Origin: the human T2T-CHM13v2.0 reference genome, Homo sapiens
Assembly (NCBI RefSeq): GCF_009914755.1
Contig: NC_060931.1
Length of the DNA: 64,000 bases
Direction: 5' to 3' (one strand)
This document shows positions 47,706 through 64,000 of the stretch, piece by piece. Below the pieces are notes generated by a model. It saw only the letters and a program-made list of their open reading frames with translations. It was not told the origin of the DNA and searched no databases. Position 1 is the stretch's first letter. Each line of letters opens with the position of its first letter. The position numbers and the translations under genes were made by a program.

Positions 47706-49999
47706 TTAGTAAAAGCAAGTGCTATAAATGACTGGAAAATTTATGTTATATTTGGCCTTAGATGTCTAAATATATATGTGTATATTATTATATATTATAT
47801 ATAATACAAACATTTATAAATATAAAAATAATGGCAAATTTCAACTTCATATAAATTTTATAATTTATTAAAAGCATTCTTTAGAAACAGCATTCACGTT
47901 TCAGTTATAGCTTTACAAACTTTTGCATTCTGTAAAAATGCTGAACAAAAATTTAGTATTTAATAACTATTTTCTATTGCTTAGATGGATTGATGGATTA
48001 ACTTACAATCACAAATGAGACAAAAACTATCATAGCAGTTTTTTCTTTTTTCTTGTGAAAAATGAGGATGATCAAGTTCTATATTTTTTTGGAATTCCTT
48101 CTCTCTTTTTTTGTCATTCAGTAGTAAATGTAACATGTAGTTATTCAAGTAGTAAATGTAATAATTTAAGGAGTAAATGTGAAAATAAAGTCTTTCATTT
48201 TTAATCTTTGTATAATCTCTACAAATAAGTGTTAAAGTCTTTACTTAATGTCAAAAACTTTTGTGAGTTTCCCGTACCTTTTAATATCTTTTATTCATAT
48301 ATGGGTATTTTTATTTTGGTAGGAAATGTTGATGAATTAAATGGGTTGGCATTTGGTTTCGAGATCCATTGCTTTAGGAAACAGCATCTGCAGAAATTGA
48401 GCATTTGGCTTTGTTGGGATTAAGTTGGAAGACAGTTGGTTTTAGCTCTGCCTTCACCCGTCAGTCCTAGCCCAGTGAATGTGAATGCTAGATAGAATTT
48501 CAGGAATATGAGAATTGCCTACTTAGACAAAAAAAGGCATAAACAAATAGTTAAAAGATAACATGTTACCATAGTTACCTGAGCATTTTGGTTTCAGAAG
48601 TTAAAACATTTAAAAGAAATGAGAAAAAAAATCTCTATAATAGTCTTCTACAAGGAACAGTCCTTCTGCCTGGCATTCTAAGGTCTGGACTAAGTTTAAA
48701 TTTTATTAAACACACAAACATGCACACACACACACAAATGTATTCTGTGATGTTTATGTCAAACTTTTTATGTCTGAAAATACTGTATATGGCACGCCTG
48801 ATTTGGAAAACGATATATACTTTATGCCTGTTTTATCAAATATGGGCAAGGGTTTACTTAAAGCACCTGTGCACCTTCAAAGGAAGACCTAGTATGAGGA
48901 AATTTGCAGCATTTAGTTTTTTCCCCACACTCCAGCCTTCCTCATAAAATATTCACGTGATCAAGACTGAAATTGTCCTATTTATGATCTTAATAAATGC
49001 AGAAAGATGTTATTGTCTTCCTTGCTTTGTAGAAGCAAAGGAAAGAAACAATGGCACTTGAAAGAATTTTATGTTTCACCTTTTTGTTGGTTGGGGGGAG
49101 GAAAACCTGTACTTTTTCATGTATGTTTATCCTCTGGTTGTTAAAAATAACTTTCTCTCCAAATTCAAGAGTACATGAATTTTCCTTATATTATTCATAT
49201 TTTGCTGTATTTATTTCGTTTGTTTAATATAATGGCCTGACATATTTTATATGTACAGATTTTAGATCAATATAGAACAATAAATTCACAAAATGTGGGT
49301 AGAAACTATTGAATGCCTTTTCCATGATAATTTATTACCTTTAAAATATTAAAAAATGCATCGTTTTGTTATATGTTTTTTGTTTGTTTCTTAAAGAAGA
49401 TATTCTTTATTTCATGAGTATTGTGTGCATCATGATGTGAGGGATTGCTATGGGGATTGTTTCAATCATTTGTTATTCTATTTAAATTAGAGAAGAAAAT
49501 TACTTAATGGTAGCTCTAACATCTAACATATCTAGTTTTGCTATACAGATTCTTGAAAATATTTTCAAAAAAAAACCCTATTTCAAAGTTTAAACTGTTC
49601 TTCTCTGGCAATAATCACTTTTATCTTATTCATTTCCACTTCCTGTAAAGTTGGATTTTTTTCTTTAAATTTTATTTGGATAACTGATGATGATTCAGTT
49701 AACCAAACCTATTAAATGAATAGTTATATCACTGTTAACACCATTTTAATATTTGTTTTCTTTCTACATTTAATATTTAAGATGCTTATAGGTTATTTTT
49801 CAGTGAGTTGTTGATAACACTTTTATTTTTTTGTATTAATCATATAAAGATGTCAAGTATTTCATGATTGGACCTGTTTGACTCCCTCCATAAGATTTTA
49901 TTATTTTGTTAAAGGAGTAATGGAAATTAGATAAAATGTGATTCATGAATCTGGAATATTTAATTATTCTGGAATTCTAATTCTTAGACTATTTTGTAG

Positions 50000-51050
50000 A
50001 ATCCATTACCACACCAAGCACTTATTGAGTGTTTACTTTTACTAGCATTATAAATGCAAAGATAAAACATATAAAAAATATTCTCTGTCTTCTGGGAGCT
50101 TTCATTCTAATTTGATAGAAAAGGATGTTTTTATTCCTGTCTCTTTTTGTATGCTCATTCAGTAAGAGTTCTTTAAATATCTACTGTAAGTATGCTAGGC
50201 AGAGATGAGGCTATAAGTTATGAATAATAATTTCTGCCTTCAAGGAGCCAAAATCCAGGTAAGGAAAGGATTGGCTATGCTAATTACTATTATGTTAAAA
50301 ATACTGAATTTAAGTCATGCACAAATCTATGAAATTATGTAGGGCTAAGGAATTAATTCTATTGGACAGAATAATAGAAAGCTCTACAGATGATATTGCA
50401 TACAGATTGGCCTTCATATGGGTAGTATTTTTACTAGTATAGATGGTTGAGAAAGGCATTTTAGGCTATGTTAGCATTATGAACACACATCTAAAAATGT
50501 GTGAAAATATGTGGTGAACTCAAGGATTATGAGAATTTTTTATGTGGTTATAATGTTGGGCACATAGGGAGATGATGGGAAATAAAACGTAAAAAAAAGA
50601 TTTGAAGCCACGTATTTTTTTTTTATTCTATCGGTAATGGAAAGCAATTTGTGGACTTTAAGTAGGGAATGACATAATTAAATTATCTCTGTTACCATCT
50701 GCCCAAACCAAATCATCAATATTATTTTCATTACTGCTCTCCCTGCTTCCTTTCTTTCCCCCAACTAAAACCATGCCCATCCTTGAAATCTTCTAGTGGC
50801 CTCCCATCATGTTTAATACAAGATAAAAATTTTGTCTTCCAATTTACACAGAGTCCTTTGGACTTCTGTTTGCCTCTCCAGCATTATCTAGTAGCCTCTC
50901 CCTGACCCACTAATCTCCAGCTATGGAGTGGGGAAAATCTGAAGGCAAGAAGAGCTGTTGAATGACTATTAATTTAGATGAAAGTTCTCATGAGGCTAAA
51001 AGAGAATCATGGCAGTGGGGCTAGAATAAAAGGAGATAATTTGAAAAATA
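50000..51050. mobile_element. L2 fragments
   Basis: 'agcacttattgagtg', 'ctgccttcaaggagc', 'ggactttaagtagggaatgacataatt', 'ggcagtggggctaga'. Confidence 0.55.
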
Positions 51051-51319
51051 CAGCCTATAGGTCATTGGTTTGAAGGACAGAAGAAAAATATATGAAATGT
51101 GACTTATATGAAAGATGTTTAAATCTAGACACATGATGATTTTGTAGAAGAAAAAATGATGGTCTAATTCATAAACTTAGGAAAGTGTGGTACAAACATT
51201 TAGTTGGTAATGGGCAAATTACACCAATTGGGTAGTTCATAATTTCTTCTACATTTTGTCTCTGTCATCCCCATCTCCAAATCATAAAAGTTTATAGAGA
51301 TGGAATGTTGCATCAAATT

Positions 51320-51747
51320 TACAATTTGACCATATCCCCATAACCATTCTTTTTTCCAAGGACCCTATAAGGAAGGAGTACTCATAACCATTATTAATTG
51401 GACTAGAGATCATCCTCCAGGATTGACAACTGAGACCCAGAATGTCAATATCTTTCTGACTGGAATCCTTATCGTGGGAAATTGGGAGCCAATGGCTCTT
51501 TTAATTCACTTACTTTGTGGACTAAAAGTTACTAGAAAGTTTCTCACTAGAACGTTTCTCTCTAGAAAGAAATATGTAAAAGATATTCAGAGAGAAACAA
51601 ACATCAAAGAAAGAACAGACTCTCCTCTCTCACACTTGAGGTATAGCACCATTCCTGTCTCTGTATTCATCTAAATCCTCCATTTTACTTAAGCTAGCTC
51701 AAGCTGGTTTCCTCTACTTATAAGTAGAAATGTCCTGCCTAATGCAG
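51320..51747 (+). mobile_element. Old MLT1-type LTR
   Basis: End 'ttaagctagctcaagctggtttcctctacttataa...gtcctgcctaatgca'. Confidence 0.5.
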
Positions 51748-52994
51748 TTGAGCTTGGATTTGTCAAATTTGAAGTTGCAGTAGGATTCCTAGATGGGAAT
51801 ACCTAGCACTTACATAAAATTATGGCCCTTGGACTCAGAAGAGAATCCTGTCCTGTGTTATTCAGATTCAGATTCTATTAACTTTTATCAAGCACCTTCT
51901 ATTGGCCAGACGTTGTGCCAGTCATTTTTATATGTATCCATACTACATTGTATTGATTTTCTGAATTTCTTAGGGGATTGAGGTGGGTCAAGTATGTGCT
52001 AGGTGTGACTAAGACTAGAGCTGGGCTAATTATTGGGTCTGAAGGCTTTGGTCATGACTCATCGAAGCAATCAAAACTAGAGGGAGATAGCACAACACAC
52101 TGAAAATAAATGTTCTTAGCCATGAGCCAGAAAAAAAAAAAAAAAACAAGAACAAAGGTTGAAGTTTAAGGGGAAAGAGAGGTATAATAAAGAGGAACAG
52201 AGCACCCAATCAGGGACTAGACAGAAACCAGATCAAAGCACATGTGAGTTTGAAATAAGAGCCCAGGTTGATTGCCCTGAACATCTTTGTATGTCTTTAG
52301 TTTGCTTCTGTGCTCTAGCTAGTGCATCCAGTGTGAGTGATACTTTTAGTGGGAGGAGGAGGTTGCTATTGAGAATGGGATCATTTTTGGCACTACATTT
52401 TTGAACCAATTTTTCTTGGCTTTCAGGAAAGCTCTAAGACTTTATATTTGTGTCTTACTACTTTTTGATTTTTAAATTGTTTATCCTTGAGATTTTTTAA
52501 GATTATGTTGTGTAAAATAATATTTTCACTCCCTTTCCGAATTGGGTTGCTAACGACCTACAGAAAATAATGCTATGTTCCATTATTTCTGATTTTCTTG
52601 GAAATTTCTCTGGGTATGTGAGAGAGAGAGGGAGAAATTCTCAGGAAAGATTAAGCTCTTCTGGTATGTTTGGACAACCATAAGAGTGCCAGGATATTTT
52701 GAGGTTAATGAGCCAAAAGAAGTCACTGAGCCAGATGAAGTATGACCTTCCAGGCTAAGGTAACAAGCATGGTTTTTAGCTTGTTTTTTTTTTTTGTTTT
52801 GTTTTTGTGTTTTAGGAGATGGCGAGATTAGAATCACTGAAAAGTTTTATAGGTTATTCTTTTTCATATAATGAGTTTTCATAGTACCTGTTTTCTTTGG
52901 CTCTAGAATGTTTTCTGTATAGCCATGATGTTTTCTATTTCTAAGAAGTTTAATGCATAGCATTTTCACTGTATTCTAACTCACCTGGTTAATT

Positions 52995-53290
52995 TTTTAT
53001 AGTAAAATGTTTGTTTCCGGTTTACAAAAAATTGTGAAGATAATACAAATAGTTTCTGTATACCTACCCACTCAGTTTACCCTATTATTAATATATGACA
53101 TTAGTATGGTATATTTGTCACAATAAATGAGCTAATCTTGATACATTGCTATAAACTCAAGTCCATACTTTATTCACAGTTTGTTACCTTTTGCCTAATG
53201 TCCTTTTTCTGGATACCACATCATCCAGGATACCACATTAAATGTAGTGGTCCTGTCTCCTTAAGCTCCTCTTGGATGGACAGTTATGAT
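52995..53290 (-). mobile_element. L1MC/MD 3' terminal fragment
   Basis: 'cagtttaccctattattaa...tatggtatatttgtcacaataaatga...catccaggataccacatta'. Confidence 0.7.
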
Positions 53291-53629
53291 TACCCTCTTA
53301 CCCCCAAAATTGTTTTGAGAATATCTGTAATTTTCAACTAAGCACATTTTTGGTTTTCATTCTTCCTATGGGATGTTTGTGTGTGTGTGTGATATGGTCA
53401 ATATTGTAAACTATTTTGAATGTTAGTGAGTGTTGTATAGTTTATAAAAGATAGGGCTTTTCATACAGATTATTTAACTTAATTATATCTTTATACCTAT
53501 TTCTATTTATCAATTGGTTTTATTTATTCTTATAAAGTTGATATATAAGTACTGATATACTAATACTGGCATGTTAAATACTTCCCAAACATTTGTGTTT
53601 CTGTTAGTTTTTCCTTGCATTTCTAATAG

Positions 53630-53928
<299 letters not shown>

Positions 53929-56711
53929 GTAGTGTTTTCTTTATATATACATTCTATTTTATTCATTTTATAAGTTTCATAATCATTACTTTTTCATTAT
54001 GGATTATACCTTTTTTCTACCCTCTTGGTCCAGTTTAAGATTTCTTGCCTTTATTTCGATCTACCTAATATTAATATTGCCATCCTTGCTCTCTTTTTCC
54101 TCTGCAAAGTGAATTACACAGTGCCTTGAACATAATTGATGCTCAAATATTTAGAGAGTGAATAAGTGAATACATGCATATTTATACCTATTCATGAGAA
54201 GAATGAGAAAAATAGAAGATGAATGCAGGAAACACTTCAGCAGTTTTTTTGTGGTACTGCCAGCTATTTTAGCATATATGAAATATGTGTAAGTTTTCCT
54301 CCTATCCTCTAAAGCCTCACATACTTTCACAAAACATACTCACTTTTGAAGTTGAGGAAGCTGTATCTATATATCCAACTTAACATGTGCAATATCCAAC
54401 ATTATGTGAAAGAAATAGAGGGATAGTTATGTTATATCATAGCCTTTTGCCTGACACTTAGGATATGAATATTGTTAGTGGTTCATTTGCTTGGCATTTT
54501 AGTTCCCTCATTGCTTTTTCAATTTATCTCAGATTATTCATAGAGCTGAAGATGCCGTGTATCAAGAGTTTTGTAACTGAAAGACTTTTTTTGTTTTCAT
54601 GTTTATAAGACTTGTACATGTGTTTGTGAATGTTTGTGCACTTTTAAATCTTCTAAGTGTATAAAATTTATTCAATTAAAAAGAACAGAAAAAAATTTTT
54701 AAGTTCCAAAGTTTTTTTTCCTTGCGTATTTCATTTTCTGAAATACATTTGTACGAAACTGTACTAAAGAGTTATTGTAGAAGAAATTGTCAAAATTAGT
54801 CAAGAACAAATATGAGCTATATAGAAATAGGATATAAAGGTGATTGTTCTCTGACATTAGAAGGTGATATAAAGATGATTTGAAAACTTATTGAACATTT
54901 CTACACAGTTACAGTGACATGATGGATTTGAAATACTGGAAGTGGAAGCCAAAGTTTCTTCCAGTCATATAAAATGATATACAGTATCTTTGTATGTATG
55001 ATATTCAGAAACAAGCTAATTGGAGAGACTATAAAGAATATTCTTAAAGTTAAGCACTTTTTTTTTCTAAAGCTAAAATACCACTTTGAATAAGAGCAGT
55101 TTTCAAAGAGCCCTTTAATCAGTTTATTTAACAAATACTTATCTAGCTAAATCTGGGCTAGCAGTAAAGTAGTGAACCAAACAAAATCATCAAACTTAAA
55201 ATCTTGGACTTATTTCATTTAATAATGTACTTTTCTAATGAGACCCCCAAAATTTAAAGCAGATCTAGAGTCTTTTTTAGTTGCAACTTTTAAATCATTA
55301 AGCCAAGGAAACATAAGATAAAAGAAGTAATATTTATTAATTTATTGTCCAGACACTTTACAGGGCCTTTTATATGTTGTTTCTCACTACAAACTTAGAG
55401 AGTTTTGGAACTTATGGTATTGAGTACATATTATAGATTAGTAAACTGATATTCAAATAAGTCCTAGGTAACTAATTCATTCATTTTTTTCAATAAATTT
55501 TTTTGAGCATTTACAGTGTAGTTCTAATCATGGTTCTAATCATGAGGGATTCAGGTCACACAACTAATAAGCATCGATGCCTGGTTTTCAAATCCTCGTC
55601 TTACTCCTAAAGCTATGCTTTTTGCAAGATGCCTTTTAGAATCCTTGTTGAGTCAATTGTCTTTATAATTAGCCCCTTTTGTAAAGGTATGCAGAGTCAC
55701 CAGATAGTTGAGAAGAAAATGTGCAGTGGACTGTTAACTACACTTTCATTAAGATTCGCCAAGTCTTATTTTTTAAAAAAATTGTGGTGGACTATATTGT
55801 ATCACATAGAATTGTCTTTTCAGGACTATATTTTAATATTTCACATTTGGCTTTCTTTCTCCAAATGCCTTTATGTTGAAAAGGAAAGTTGGGAATCTTT
55901 GCATTTTGTTTAAAGTTGTTTCTATGTATCATTTTTTATTCTTTATCACTGTGTTTTACAAAATAATCTCATGATAAATTCTCCTCCAACTGTATAGCTA
56001 CAGCTTTTCTCAAACAGGATTTTAGACATAGTATTCTCCTATATCTTCCTTATGTAGTGTGTAATACAGGTTTGTTCTTATTATACGTTCTTTATCTATG
56101 AATATATTCCAGAAATTTGCAAATCTATAACCCAGAACTTTTTTAAAGCTCTTTACCTGAGTATCTCATTATCTGCCTATTAATACATATCTCTAACACC
56201 TTGATATTTCACAGACATTTAAAATTGAATCTAGTAAAAGTTAATCATCATCTTTTGTACTAATTCAGACAGATGGGTGCTAACCTCTGTTTCTTTTTTT
56301 CACACACTCAGTTAGTGACAAAATCCTATTTACTTCCTTTAGAATTTTTATATCCCTCCCTTCTCTTTTATGTCCCTTGTGTTACTCCTTTAGTGAATCA
56401 CAATTTCTATTTAGTAGTATTTGTCTAACTGGCACATGGCTGCGTCCTTGAAACCTTTCTGAAGTCATAGAATGAATGGCAGTCTTATGTCCACTGAGCA
56501 TGTTTTTAACGTAGTATTCATCAAATGAAATGAATTTTATTTGTTTTGCATGTTTATAGTCCACTTCTGGGCTGGAAGTTCTTTGAGGATAAAAGGATAT
56601 ATTAGCTTTGCCAACATCGCATAGTACCCAGCACATTAAGAAATGCAATAATAGTACGAAGGGGTGAATGAATAAAGAGTTTTTCTTAAAATATTTTTAG
56701 AAGTACCTGGG

Positions 56712-57042
56712 TATATTAGTCGGGGTTCTCCAGAGAAACAGAACCAATAGGGGAAACACATATAGGTAAACGTGCATGCGGATGTGCAGACACACACAGG
56801 CACAGATACACACGAACACACACACGTACACACACACAGAGAGAGAAATGAGAGATTGATTTACTATAAAAAATTGTCTCACATAATATGGACGCTAAAA
56901 CATCCAAGATCTGTTGATGGTGTCATGCCAGGTCTAATATGAGGACCTGAGAACGAGGAGAGCCAGTGGTGTAAGTTATAGTCTCCAATGGTATAAGTTC
57001 AGTCTGTGTCTGAAGGCAGGAGAAGACCAGTGTCCCAGCTTA

Positions 57043-57086
<44 letters not shown>

Positions 57087-57309
57087 CAGAGAGAATTTTT
57101 TCTTGTTCAGCTATTTATTCTATTCAGCCTTTAATGGATTAGATAAGGCACATCCACATTGAGGAGACCATCTGGTTTACCCAGTCTCTCAATTCAGATG
57201 TTAATCATCCAGAAACCCCTCAGAGACACACCCAGAAATAATGTTTAACCAAGTATCTGGGCACCTCATGGCCCAGTCAAGTTGACACTTAGAAAAATTT
57301 ACCATCACA
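56712..57309 (-). mobile_element. MLT2B-like LTR with (CA)n and (GA)n tracts
   Basis: 'tattagtcggggttctccagagaaacagaaccaatagg' ... 'gcccagtcaagttgacac...accatcaca'. Confidence 0.85.
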
Positions 57310-58069
57310 ATGAGAGAAAAACAATTTAAAATGGAAAAAAACTCAATACGTGATAATTTAGACTCTAGTTTCCTTGTGACTGGAAAATTTGACTTGTGCC
57401 ATTTAGTTTAGAATGTGTGAATTTTTGTTTACTGTTGGTTATATAACTGAGTTTTAAAAATAAATATTCATAACAATATAAGACTGAAGAGAGAGAAAAG
57501 AAAAATGTGGAGTAAGCTTATTTTTTAGTTTTATCCTTGTCCTCAGGAAAGGTTACCACTGTGTGGGGTTGACCGTTTAGTAGACTTATTGAAATTAATA
57601 GTAGCTGAAAGTTAATGTAACACTTATTTTGTGCCAGGCATTGTTCTAAGAACATTATATGTTTTTACTGTTTTTATCCTCACAACAGCCAAATGAGGTC
57701 AATATTGTCATTAATTATTATTATTTCAAATTTACAATGAGTAAACTGAACCACAGAAGGGCTAAGTGTTCTTTTCCAGACAGCTGGTACATGATGGAAC
57801 TTGGATTCAAAGTTAACCCTGACTTGTCATTCAGAAATATTTACTGTTCTTATCTTGTGTTCCAGATATTCTTTTTGGCATAGCAGATATAGTAATGAAC
57901 AAGAAAAAGTACCTGCTCTATGGAACTCGTGTTTCATTATATGTATAGAATGTCAGACAGCATTATGTTCAATGATGATCTGAAAATCAGAGTAAGGGGG
58001 AAAAGTAATGCCTAGTTTGGGGAAGAGTATTTACCATTTTATATAAAGTAACCAAAGAAGGCCTTTCTA

Positions 58070-58646
58070 TTTTATTTTATTTTATTTTAAGTTCTGAGGT
58101 ACATGTGCAGGATGTACAGGTTTGTTACATAGGTAAACGTGTGCCATGGTGGTTTGCTGCACCTGTCAACCCATCACCCAGATATTATGCCCAACATGCA
58201 TTAGCTGTTTTTCCTGATGCTCTCCTTCCCCCCCGTTCCCCCCAGTAGGCCCCAATGTGTGTTGTTCCCCTCCCTGTGTCCAGGTGTTCTCACTGTTCAG
58301 CTCCCACTTGTAAGTGAGAACATGTGGTGTTTGGTTTTCTGTTCCTGTGTTAGTTTGGTGAGGATAATGGCTTCCAGCTCCATCCATGCCACTGCAAAGG
58401 ACATGATCTCTTTCCTTTGTATGGCTGCATAGTATTCCATTGTGTGTATGTATCACATTTTCTTTATGCAGTCTATCATTGATGGACATTTGGGTTGATT
58501 CCATGTCTTTACTATTGTGAATAGTGCTGCAGTTAACATATGTGTGCATGTATCTTTATAATAGAATGATTTATATTCCTTTGTGTATATACCCAGTAAT
58601 GAGATTGCTGGGTCAAATGGTATTTCTGGTTCTGGTTCTAGGTCTT
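58070..58646 (-). mobile_element. L1PA8-11-like 3' end (host of the younger L1)
   Basis: 'gtacatgtgcaggatgt...ttacataggtaaacgtgtgccatggtggtttgctgcac' and ORF2 C-terminal remnant. Confidence 0.88.

Positions 58647-64000
<5,354 letters not shown>

Overview
AT-rich primate DNA, very probably human (AluJ/S/Y, L1PA, THE1, MER/MLT, MIR/L2). Roughly half is interspersed repeat. There is no multi-exon CDS, CpG island or RNA gene, and every long ORF in the track derives from L1, Alu or THE1, or is chance. The best reading is the interior of a very large intron, possibly of a + strand gene. What stands out: (1) a 234-bp, ~98% identical non-Alu inverted repeat (10884-11117 / 11841-12074) around a 723-bp spacer, a likely micro-inversion substrate and long dsRNA stem; (2) an old ~450-bp direct duplication whose first copy is split by a nested Alu/THE1/THE1/L1 block with a deletion junction; (3) a perfect 3x49-bp tandem inside an Alu; (4) several small + strand candidate cassette or terminal exons, mostly readable with a phase-2 upstream intron; (5) a near full-length, dead L1PA nested in an older L1. 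Repeat subfamilies are called by eye from remembered consensus sequences and need RepeatMasker/Dfam confirmation.
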